Source: an uncultured Bacteroidales bacterium
GTDB lineage: Bacteria; Bacteroidota; Bacteroidia; Bacteroidales; JAGOPY01
DNA length: 64,000 nucleotides
Direction of reading: 5' to 3'
Assembly (NCBI GenBank): GCA_964619555.1
Contig: CAZUDV010000018.1
Span: 3,664-67,663 of the forward strand
The notes beneath the pieces are model-generated. The model saw nothing but the letters and a program-made list of their open reading frames with translations, did not search any database and had not been told where the DNA came from. Of the stretch, positions 48,587 through 57,417 are shown one piece after another. Numbering within the stretch: position 1 is the stretch's first letter; the number at the start of each line of letters is the position of its first letter. The position numbers were made by a program, and so were the translations under genes.

Positions 48587-49259
48587 CCCAATTCCCTGGC
48601 ACGAAACCATCGCCGCCAGTCAAGTCGCTGTTCGTCACCGGCCATTGGAAAATTTTCGTCTTGATACATTATCCAACCGTTTGATCAAGAGGATGATGGA
48701 CATCACGCTCGGATCCTTTCTCAGCCTTATCATTCTGACCTGGATCATTCCGGTTATGGCTGTCATCATCAAACTGGATTCGAGGGGACCGGTGTTCTTC
48801 ATCCAAAAACGTACCGGCATCCGCAAGAAAAGTTTTCTTTGCCTGAAATTCAGGTCAATGGTTGTGAATGACCACGCGAACCGGTTAGAAGTCCAGGTCA
48901 ACGATCGCCGGATTACGAGAGTGGGCCGTTTTATCCGGAAATACCACATCGATGAGCTTCCGCAGCTGCTCAATGTGGTGAAGGGGGATATGAGCCTGGT
49001 GGGGCCGAGGCCTTACATGCTCCGGCACACTGCCATCTATTCGAGGCTGGTGGAGCATTACCACGACCGGCACAGGGTAAAGCCGGGTATCGCAGGACTG
49101 GCTCAGATGCGAGGGTACCACGGCACCATCAACTGTTGGGATGATCTTTCCAAACGATGCGCATCCGATTTTGAATACATTGAGAAATGGTCCTTGTTCG
49201 GGGACCTGCATATATTCTTCGGCACGATTCTTAAAATCACCAAAAACCTTTTTCTTTAA
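48558..49259 (+). CDS. undecaprenyl-phosphate sugar phosphotransferase (small bacterial sugar transferase, PglC/WbaP-C-like)
   Basis: KRMMDI..., GPVFFIQKRTG, DELPQLLNVVKGDMSLVGPRP. Confidence 0.9.
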   Translation: METSSTITLSPIPWHETIAASQVAVRHRPLENFRLDTLSNRLIKRMMDITLGSFLSLIILTWIIPVMAVIIKLDSRGPVFFIQKRTGIRKKSFLCLKFRSMVVNDHANRLEVQVNDRRITRVGRFIRKYHIDELPQLLNVVKGDMSLVGPRPYMLRHTAIYSRLVEHYHDRHRVKPGIAGLAQMRGYHGTINCWDDLSKRCASDFEYIEKWSLFGDLHIFFGTILKITKNLFL

Positions 49260-50170
49260 TGGGTACTGATTTGTCGGTACTGAGAGATGGCTGCCTGTTG
49301 ACCTTGAATTACTTTGGGATCTTCAGGCATCCGCTGACACCGGAGGAAATCCACAGGTTCAACCGGGTTAGTGCTTCTCCCGTGGAAGTACAGCAAGCAT
49401 TGGATGAATTGGAGGTAGAAGGGAAAGTATTTCGCTCCGGGCGGTTCTATATGGCAGAAGAACAGAAAGAATGGATCACCGAGCGGTTGAATAGTAACGG
49501 AAGGGCTGCCAGGCTCCTTGATAAAGTTGGCCGGTATGCCTCTTTGATCGCCGCGTGTCCGTTTGTCAGGGGAATTGCTATCAGCGGGTCGCTTTCAAAA
49601 CACGTGGCCGGAGAAAAGGCAGACATCGATTATTTCATCATCACTGCCGCCGACAGGCTCTGGATCACGCGTTCGCTGCTGCATATCTTTAAAAAACTCA
49701 CCTTCCTGACAGGGCACCAGCACTTCTTTTGCATGAATTATTTCATCGATACGCGTTCCCTTGAGATCTCCCATCAAAACCTTTACACGGCGATTGAAAC
49801 TGTCACTCTGCTGCCTGTATATAATCACGAGATGCTGGAAAATTTCTTTGCTTCAAATGAATGGGTCAGGGAATACTTACCTAACTGCGAAGCCCGGGCG
49901 ACGGGGAAATACTTGATACGTAGCCGAAAATATTTTCCGAAGACGATGGCAGAAAAAATAATCGGATTTTTATTCCCCGAGCGGCTCAACAAGGCCCTGA
50001 TGGAACTAACCGACCGGAAATGGAGGCGTAAATGGGAACGGCGGGGGTACCCGGAAACAGATTATGACAGGGCATTCCTTACCGATCTGCATATTTCCAA
50101 GAACCATCCGGTTGATTATGAAAAAAAGGTCATGTCGAGAATAGTAGAATTTCAACACATCATTGTCTGA
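49259..50170 (+). CDS. hypothetical protein with a nucleotidyltransferase-like motif
   Basis: GIAISGSLSKHVAGEKADIDYFI fits the G-S-x(9-13)-D-x-D pattern of the Pol-beta NTase fold. Confidence 0.5.
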   Translation: MGTDLSVLRDGCLLTLNYFGIFRHPLTPEEIHRFNRVSASPVEVQQALDELEVEGKVFRSGRFYMAEEQKEWITERLNSNGRAARLLDKVGRYASLIAACPFVRGIAISGSLSKHVAGEKADIDYFIITAADRLWITRSLLHIFKKLTFLTGHQHFFCMNYFIDTRSLEISHQNLYTAIETVTLLPVYNHEMLENFFASNEWVREYLPNCEARATGKYLIRSRKYFPKTMAEKIIGFLFPERLNKALMELTDRKWRRKWERRGYPETDYDRAFLTDLHISKNHPVDYEKKVMSRIVEFQHIIV

Positions 50171-50174
50171 CCGG

Positions 50175-51083
50175 ATGAATCGGGCCCTTGTCATAGGAGG
50201 ATCAGGGTTTTTGGGCAGCCATGTCATGAGGGAAATGGTGTCGATGGACTGCGAGGTATATGCCATGGAGCACCATACCCCGCTTCAGGCAGAAGAAAAT
50301 GTCCGGTTGATCAAAGGGGGAATCGGGGACATTTCGGCTCAGTTCATCCGGGATTTGAATCCGGACATTATTTTTCACTGTGCACGGCCGAAATTCCCTT
50401 TCCTGAGGAAGACGGGGCGAAAACTGGCATCCCTGCAGGCCGCCCGTCTCAACCGGAGACTGGTTCGCGCCCTTTGCACTTCGGGCCGGCCGGTAAAGCT
50501 GGCATTCGCTTCCGGGAGCCTGTGGTACGGCCATTCGGAATTCCCGGCAGATGAGCGGTCACCGGGCCGGCCGGCCAGCTTTGCAAGGCAATATCACCGT
50601 GGGGAAAGACCCATCCTGGAAGCTTCGGAAAGAGGCAGCGTGAATGTTACGGTCTTCCGGTTTCCATGGCTGCTTGGCCCGGGGTCATGGTTCGAATGGT
50701 TTTATATCCGGACGATGGAGCGGTTTGGCGCCGTACCGCTCTTCGGCAGCGGTAATAACCTTATGGAAGTGATCGACGCCAGGGATGCAGCCCGCCTTGC
50801 CGCCCGGATCGCATTGGATCTCAATAGCCCGGGGACCTTGAACATCAGGTCGTCCCGTCCTGTAACACAGATGGAACTGGCATCCGTTGTATCTCAAATT
50901 TCAGGACTGCCGGTGAAGGATTACCGGGAAATTTTCACCAGGCTGCCGGAATCGGAAGTGGTGGAAGCCTTTACTTCCAGCATTGTCCTGGATACCATCC
51001 ACCCCCGTTTTTTCGAAGGATTTCCTTACACCAGCCTCGAAGATTCGGTCAGAAAGATCCTGGAAGATTATCAGGTCGCCTGA
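50175..51083 (+). CDS. NAD-dependent epimerase/dehydratase family protein
   Basis: ALVIGGSGFLGSHV Rossmann motif. ATG at 50175 preferred over the TTG at 50163. Confidence 0.8.
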   Translation: MNRALVIGGSGFLGSHVMREMVSMDCEVYAMEHHTPLQAEENVRLIKGGIGDISAQFIRDLNPDIIFHCARPKFPFLRKTGRKLASLQAARLNRRLVRALCTSGRPVKLAFASGSLWYGHSEFPADERSPGRPASFARQYHRGERPILEASERGSVNVTVFRFPWLLGPGSWFEWFYIRTMERFGAVPLFGSGNNLMEVIDARDAARLAARIALDLNSPGTLNIRSSRPVTQMELASVVSQISGLPVKDYREIFTRLPESEVVEAFTSSIVLDTIHPRFFEGFPYTSLEDSVRKILEDYQVA

Positions 51084-51889
51084 GGTTTCCTGAAAACGAA
51101 GAGAAGGTATTCGCCTTTAGACCAGAGAAAAGTATTTTGCAGGGATTCGTCCTTTCTCCACAACCGGTCCGTTTCGGGCAGGTTCTTTAGCCATTTTTTA
51201 TAATTATACCAGGCGGGATAGAAAATACTGTAGCCTTTTTTTTCAACCAGGTTCAGTTCCCGGAAAGCCTTTTTGATCTGCCCGGGGCTGTAACACCGGG
51301 AAGGCAGGTGCCGGTCGATGGAGTATCCCCCCCAGTCTTTTTTCAGCCTGGCAAAAGCAATACTGAATCTCAGTTTCAGGATCTGCACGACCATTTCGCG
51401 CCAGTACCACTTGTTGACAAAGGTGAGGACAGCGTGGCCTCCGGGCCTTAATAGCCGGCTGATGTATCCGGCCGCTACAGGCAGGTTGGCCGCCGTATTC
51501 AGGGCGCCAAAGTATACGAATACCAGGTCGAATGATTCCGGGCCAAACTGCTGAAGCAACTGCCTTTCGTCAGCCTTGAAAGCTTCGGCATTGGTGAGAC
51601 CCAGGGAAATGATCCGTTTCTTCGCCAGGCGGACCATATTTTCAGAGATATCTGTTCCGATGATCTTCCTGTCGGGGTACCTGCCGGCGAACCAGGCCAC
51701 GTCAAAGCCCGGTCCGCAGCCGATCTCAAGGGCAGTCTTAAAATCGTACCGCGCTGTGACCATGCGAAAATCCTCGCGTATCCTGGTCAGCAAGGGATTC
51801 ACCTCCGCCCGCGCCTCGAAATTCATGTCAGCGTCTTTGTCGTAATAATCCGAAACGGATTGATAAAATGAATCAGATGGATTGTTCAT
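51071..51889 (-). CDS. class I SAM-dependent methyltransferase
   Basis: Motif I ALEIGCGPGFD. Its 3' end overlaps the convergent epimerase gene by 13 nt. Confidence 0.85.
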   Translation of the reverse strand: MNNPSDSFYQSVSDYYDKDADMNFEARAEVNPLLTRIREDFRMVTARYDFKTALEIGCGPGFDVAWFAGRYPDRKIIGTDISENMVRLAKKRIISLGLTNAEAFKADERQLLQQFGPESFDLVFVYFGALNTAANLPVAAGYISRLLRPGGHAVLTFVNKWYWREMVVQILKLRFSIAFARLKKDWGGYSIDRHLPSRCYSPGQIKKAFRELNLVEKKGYSIFYPAWYNYKKWLKNLPETDRLWRKDESLQNTFLWSKGEYLLFVFRKPQAT

Positions 51890-52105
51890 ATTACAAAAAT
51901 AACGATCGCATCGGTTTGAAAAGATGATCTGTTCAATTCCCGGGAAAGAAATTCTAAAAAAAGAGACCGGTTATATTTGTAAACGTCGCATTGGCAATGC
52001 GATTGATTTCAATTACCATTATCCCTATACCCGTTGTTTTCATTATTCATAACCGGTCGGGTGGAAAGTAAATTCATTATATTTACCATTAATAAACTGC
52101 ATCCA

Positions 52106-54331
52106 ATGAACGCAAGAACTTTCAGTAACACAAGAATTACAAGATCCCTCGCACTGGCCCTCCTTTTATTGCTGGCAGTCATTCAGCTCGGTCTAACCGC
52201 TCAAACCCGCGGGATCAGGTGGGCAAAGGAAGGTGATTCCTATTACCGGGTGGAAAAAGGGGAGATCTTCCGGTATTCGCTTCCCGCCAATGAGGCAGAA
52301 ATCATCATCTCCAAAGCTCAACTGACTCCCGGGGGCAGCAATGAAGCGCTTAAGATCAGTTATTACGCCTTTTCCCACGACCAGCAGAAAGTGCTCCTAT
52401 TCACCAATACCAGTCGGGTCTGGAGACTCAATACAAGGGGAGATTACTGGGTGGTTGACCGGCATGACAGTACGCTAAAGCAGCTTGGTAAAACCCTGCC
52501 TCCTTCCTCTCTAATGTTTGCCAAGTTTTCACCCGACGGCCGGTCTGTGGCTTATGTAAGCGGTAACAATATTTATGTGGAGGATCTGGGTACCTCTGAA
52601 ATAAAAGCATTGACGACGAATGGCACGGTTACCCTGATCAACGGCACCTTCGACTGGGCCTATGAAGAGGAATTCTTCTGCCGCGACGGTTTCAGATGGA
52701 GCCCCGACAGCCGATCCATCGCCTACTGGCAGATCGATGCAGCCAAAATTAAAAAGTTCTATCTCATCAATAATACCGACTCGATCTATTCAACGGTCAC
52801 TCCCATCGAATATCCCAAGGTGGGACAGGATCCTTCCGCCTGTCGTATTGGTGTCGTGGATCTGGGTACCGGCCTGACGACCTGGATGCGCCTCCCCGGC
52901 GATTCAGTTCAGCATTATATCGTTCGCATGGAATTTATCCCTTCGTCCGGCAAACTGGCTGTGGAACAGTTGAACAGGAAGCAGAACCACAGCAGGTTGT
53001 TCATAGCAGATCCGGCCACCGGGGAAGCCCACCTCTTCCATGAAGAAACCGACGAAGCCTGGATCGAGGTCTTCCAGTCGGGCAATCCTTATACCATTGA
53101 TTTCACCAACGATTTCACCTGGGTGAACGACGGCAGGAGCATTCTCAGGGCCTCCGAGAAAGACGGCTGGAGGCATCTATATGAAGTTTACCTCGATGGC
53201 CAGCCCGAAAGATTGATCACCAAAGGAAAGTACGATGTCATCGACGTGAAGTACGTCGATTCGGCTGACGGTAAGGTCTATTTTATGGCTTCGCCCGAAA
53301 ATGCCACTCAGAAATACCTTTTCAGCATTAAACTCGACGGTTCGGGGAAACCGGAACTGCTCAGCCCGAAAGTGCTGCAAGGGACACACGATTATTCCTT
53401 TTCAGGAAGCGGACGATATGCCCTGCATGCTTTTTCCAATCATTATACCAAGCCTGCAAGGGAATTCATAACCATCCCGGAACATAAACCATTGTTCCCG
53501 AATGAGGACATCATTGCACACCTCGATTCGCTTCAGGTAAGCACTTCCACGGAATTTTTCACGATCAAAACAAGGGACAATGTGGAGATGGACGGCTGGA
53601 TGGTCAAACCGAAGGATTTTGACCCGGCCAGAAAATACCCGGTGGTGTTTTATGTGTATACGGAGCCGGCCAGCACAACCGTGTCGGATGTCTTTGGCGT
53701 TAGCGGCAACGGATTATACGGCGGAAACATGGCCGAGGACGGATATATTTATATCTCCGTGGATAACCGGGGGACTCCTTCTCCCAAAGGCAGGGAATGG
53801 CGGAAATGCATTTACCGTCAGGTTGGCAGGCTGAATATTGCCGACCAGGCCGCAGCGGCTGAAGAGATATTGAAGTGGGACTTCGTGGATCCGGAAAGAG
53901 TGGCGGTCTGGGGATGGAGCGGAGGAGGGTCGGCCACGTTGAATCTCATGTTCCAGTACCCGGAGATTTACAAGACAGGTATTGCCATAGCAGCGGTAGC
54001 CAACCAACTCACCTACGACAACATCTACCAGGAACGTTACATGGGATTGCCCCAGGAGAACGAGGAGGATTTTATTAAAGGCTCTCCTGTCACTTACGCG
54101 GAGAAGTTGAAAGGCAACTTGCTCATAATCCATGGCACCGGCGATGACAACGTCCATTACCAGAATGCCGAGCTGCTGCTCAACGAACTCATCAGGCACA
54201 ACAAGCAGTTCCGTTTCATGCCTTATCCCAACCGCACGCACGGCATCTACGAAGGCGAGGGTACGCTGAACCACCTGGCCACGCTGTATACGGAATTCCT
54301 GAAAGAACATTGCCCGCCGGGAGGGAGATAG
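52106..54331 (+). CDS. dipeptidyl-peptidase IV (S9B prolyl oligopeptidase family)
   Basis: DPP-IV N-terminal propeller (FDWAYEEEF) and catalytic GWSGGG, IHGTGDDNVH and NRTHG. Start at MNARTF. Confidence 0.92.
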   Translation: MNARTFSNTRITRSLALALLLLLAVIQLGLTAQTRGIRWAKEGDSYYRVEKGEIFRYSLPANEAEIIISKAQLTPGGSNEALKISYYAFSHDQQKVLLFTNTSRVWRLNTRGDYWVVDRHDSTLKQLGKTLPPSSLMFAKFSPDGRSVAYVSGNNIYVEDLGTSEIKALTTNGTVTLINGTFDWAYEEEFFCRDGFRWSPDSRSIAYWQIDAAKIKKFYLINNTDSIYSTVTPIEYPKVGQDPSACRIGVVDLGTGLTTWMRLPGDSVQHYIVRMEFIPSSGKLAVEQLNRKQNHSRLFIADPATGEAHLFHEETDEAWIEVFQSGNPYTIDFTNDFTWVNDGRSILRASEKDGWRHLYEVYLDGQPERLITKGKYDVIDVKYVDSADGKVYFMASPENATQKYLFSIKLDGSGKPELLSPKVLQGTHDYSFSGSGRYALHAFSNHYTKPAREFITIPEHKPLFPNEDIIAHLDSLQVSTSTEFFTIKTRDNVEMDGWMVKPKDFDPARKYPVVFYVYTEPASTTVSDVFGVSGNGLYGGNMAEDGYIYISVDNRGTPSPKGREWRKCIYRQVGRLNIADQAAAAEEILKWDFVDPERVAVWGWSGGGSATLNLMFQYPEIYKTGIAIAAVANQLTYDNIYQERYMGLPQENEEDFIKGSPVTYAEKLKGNLLIIHGTGDDNVHYQNAELLLNELIRHNKQFRFMPYPNRTHGIYEGEGTLNHLATLYTEFLKEHCPPGGR

Positions 54332-54393
54332 AGAATGTGTTGATTATCAGCAAAAAGTAGAATAGTGAAGGTATAATTTTAATTATGGCCTGA

Positions 54394-55659
54394 ATGAAAT
54401 TGTCAATACTTCGATTAGTCTTTGTTTTCATTCTGATCAGCCCTGCCGCATTTTCCCAAAAAGAGCTGGGGGCTATGGCAAGGAGGAACAATCTTTGGGG
54501 ACTCATTGATCAAAATGGGAATGAAATTATTCCACATCAATATGATATATTTTCTTTCCCGGGAGCAGAGTGGTTGCCTTACAACAATGAATCCAAGTCA
54601 TTGATCTTTTATCCACGTGATCGAATGGTGAAAACCAGGAAAGGAAATAAATACGGTTTTTATGACTTAACCAATAATTTTGAGATCCCTCACCAATTTC
54701 AGGAAGCAATGGATTTTAAAGATGACTTTTCGATTGTTTATCTTGGATTTGATTATGGAATTATAAATCGAAAAGGAGAGTTATTGTTTGAGCCTACTTC
54801 CAGGGAATTGATTGACTTCAGCTACGGCAGAATATTGTTTAAAAAGGGGAATAAGCATGGGTACATGGATTTTAACGGTAATATCTGCATTGAGCCTGTA
54901 TTCAATAAAGCTGAAATATTCACCGAAGGAGTTGCCTGTGTCAGACAGGGTAACCGATACGGCTATATTGATCTGAATGGGGATTGGTTCATAGAACCTG
55001 CATACAGCCATGCAAGCTCATTCCTTCAAGGATTTGCGATTGTCCAGAACGATAATTTAAATTGGGGGGTCATCAATCTTGAAGGAGAATATGTCATTCC
55101 TCCGGATTACGAAAAAATAACGGTCCAGAATGAAGGGTATTTTCGGGTTAAAACGAATGGGCATTGGGGGTTCGTTGATACGACGGGTTACGCAAAAATA
55201 AATTGCATCTTCAATGAAGTCAGAGATTTTGCCAATGGAATTGCCATAGTAAGCCTGGATGGGTTAAAGTGGAGTGCTATAAATGATAGAGGGCAATTCT
55301 TATTGGATGATAAGTTCGAAAAGCTCAATGATTGTCATGACGGCATTATCTTAATTACGGAAAATCAACTGAAGTATTACATTAAAATCGATGGTACAAG
55401 GCTTAATCAAAAACCATTTGTTAAAGCTTACGATTTCTCGGAAGGTCTTGCAAGAGTGGCAATAAAAGATAAAATAGGATTTATTGATACTTCAGGAGAA
55501 ATGGTGATTCAACCGGTTTTTGATAATGCCTATGATTTTAAAGAAGGTTTGTGCAGGGCAAGAAAAGATGAAAGGTGGGGATATATTGATAAAAAAGGTG
55601 ATTTTTTAATCAAACCGGTTTTTGATAATGTTTCAGATTTTTTTCTGCTAAATGAATGA
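54394..55659 (+). CDS. WG-repeat (KWG-type) protein, secreted
   Basis: Signal peptide and about 10 copies of ..G.A.V...(K/R)(W/Y)G(Y/F)ID..G...I.P.(Y/F)D....F..G. Confidence 0.8.
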   Translation: MKLSILRLVFVFILISPAAFSQKELGAMARRNNLWGLIDQNGNEIIPHQYDIFSFPGAEWLPYNNESKSLIFYPRDRMVKTRKGNKYGFYDLTNNFEIPHQFQEAMDFKDDFSIVYLGFDYGIINRKGELLFEPTSRELIDFSYGRILFKKGNKHGYMDFNGNICIEPVFNKAEIFTEGVACVRQGNRYGYIDLNGDWFIEPAYSHASSFLQGFAIVQNDNLNWGVINLEGEYVIPPDYEKITVQNEGYFRVKTNGHWGFVDTTGYAKINCIFNEVRDFANGIAIVSLDGLKWSAINDRGQFLLDDKFEKLNDCHDGIILITENQLKYYIKIDGTRLNQKPFVKAYDFSEGLARVAIKDKIGFIDTSGEMVIQPVFDNAYDFKEGLCRARKDERWGYIDKKGDFLIKPVFDNVSDFFLLNE

Positions 55660-56305
55660 AAATAAACATTTCTGAAATTTATCACAGTAGATTCTGCCGG
55701 ACACAACTGATGAATTCACCCTTTCCCTCCATACCCACTTGATCTTCCGGTAATGATAAGTTTTGCTTGTTTCCATTAAGGTCTGTTATAACCGGCAAAC
55801 ACGGTCATTATGTACGGGGTTTGAAGTATATACCGGTGGTCAGACCGTGTATTGGCAAAGACACCGTCCGCCCAGAAAGAAAAAATCGCGCAGATTGTTA
55901 GGATTATAAGTGTTTCCAATGGTTTGGTTTTTAGAAGAAATTTATTTTATCGATGTATAATCATATGCTGATTTGGCTTTTATGGATTACAGGTCATTCT
56001 ATAAAGTTCTGAGTAGAATTGCCCGACAAAAAAGTGTGACAATCAACAAAACAACATTACTCTTGAGAATACAAACAAATAAATAAGCAGGAAATCAATA
56101 TATTAGATGTTCTTAGACTATCCTCAATCTGCAGCGCAAGTTCCGACACAATCCTTGTCAGAAGCTGATTTACCCAGTTGCGTTTGTGGAAAGGGCTATT
56201 TTCAATAGAAAACAGGGTGACTTTTTGAAAACATTTCCTGACTGTTTGTAAAACTAAGTTATAACTTTACGGGCTTATTTTCCAAACCATAAAAAATAAT
56301 TAATC

Positions 56306-57157
56306 GTGAAAAAAATTACCTTGTTTTTAGCGTTGATGATGGCTTCAATGTTGGTTTTCCCCCAGCAGGATGTAGCCGACATCTGGGTAGAGGGCGATGA
56401 AAACATTGTCACGCCGTCTGCCCGCCAGGTGGGTACACGCCTTCCGGTAGTTATCCCAACAAATACAGTGCTTTACGATAACGGTCCGCTGGTGACCCAT
56501 CCGGGCGGCGGATTTGGAGGAGCGGACGCTTCCGTGCTTCAGACCAACATTGGTTTGGCTGCCTACGGTTTTGGCAACCCAATTTCTTCCAATTATTGGG
56601 TCGCTGACGATTTCACCGTGCCCGCAGGAGGGTGGGATATCAAAGGATTTGGCTTTTTCGGCTATCAATCCTTATCAACCACTGCCTCTACCATGACAAC
56701 CGTTCATATCATGATCTATGACGGCCCTCCTGACGATATAAACTCGACCCTGATCTTCGGTGGCGACAACTTTCTGACCAGTAGCAATTTTACAAACATC
56801 TACAGGGTTACTGATTACTTAATGTCTAATACATTTCGCCCGATCATGCTCAATGCCTGCATGTTCGACCTTCATCTCGATGCCGGCTCATACTGGGTTT
56901 GCTGGCAGACGGGCGGCACCCTTTCCAACGGTCCATATGTCCCACCGGTCACTTACCTGGGGCAAACAACAACTGGAAATGCGATGCAGTTTACCTCATC
57001 CTGGGAAGACATTTTGGATTTAGGCACCTTTACACCACAGGGTCTCCCGTTCCTGATCTACGGACCTGCACCGGCAGTACCTGTTTCCGAATGGGCGCTG
57101 ATGCTGGGAGGCATCCTCATAGCCCTCGCAGTCTTCTTCCGGTACAAAAGATCGTAA
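56306..57157 (+). CDS. secreted hypothetical protein with an IPTL/PEP-CTERM-like C-terminal anchor
   Basis: Signal peptide (LFLALMMASMLVFPQQ). The C-terminus PAVPVSEWALMLGGILIALAVFFRYKRS is a short motif, a TM helix and a basic tail. GTG start. Confidence 0.6.
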   Translation: MKKITLFLALMMASMLVFPQQDVADIWVEGDENIVTPSARQVGTRLPVVIPTNTVLYDNGPLVTHPGGGFGGADASVLQTNIGLAAYGFGNPISSNYWVADDFTVPAGGWDIKGFGFFGYQSLSTTASTMTTVHIMIYDGPPDDINSTLIFGGDNFLTSSNFTNIYRVTDYLMSNTFRPIMLNACMFDLHLDAGSYWVCWQTGGTLSNGPYVPPVTYLGQTTTGNAMQFTSSWEDILDLGTFTPQGLPFLIYGPAPAVPVSEWALMLGGILIALAVFFRYKRS

Positions 57158-57180
57158 AATCCACTTCCGTACCAATCAAG

Positions 57181-57227
57181 CCGGAGAAACTGACCCGCCG
57201 CCATGGCCGGCACTCTCCGGTTTTTTT
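57181..57227 (+). terminator. rho-independent terminator candidate
   Basis: ccggaga (57181-57187) pairs with tctccgg (57214-57220), followed by T7 (57221-57227), 24 nt after the stop at 57157. Confidence 0.55.
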
Positions 57228-57417
57228 ATACAAATTTGCCACAGCCCATCGCCTGTTGTACATCATACAACATTAACTCGTCATATCGCTACTTCGCCAC
57301 TTCGCTAATTCGTTTCGTTTCAACCCCTTCCTAAAACCTCAGACAAAGCCCCATCCCGTCGCGGTTTGCGCAAATCTCCAGGCAGGATATGTTCTTAAAA
57401 CAATATCAAATTATCAA

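Noticed and set aside
51071-51083. 13-nt overlap of the convergent 3' ends of the epimerase and methyltransferase genes (and the similar 11-nt overlap at 32150-32160).
   Set aside because: Short convergent overlaps are common in compact genomes. There is no additional structure suggesting regulation.
55660-56305. DGR template repeat or reverse transcriptase near the FISUMP genes.
   Set aside because: No RT-like ORF exists anywhere in the window. I found no intergenic segment resembling any FISUMP 3' end. The 60320/62171 pair differs mostly at synonymous positions in the conserved core, which is ordinary paralogue divergence. It is kept only as a hypothesis to test genome-wide.
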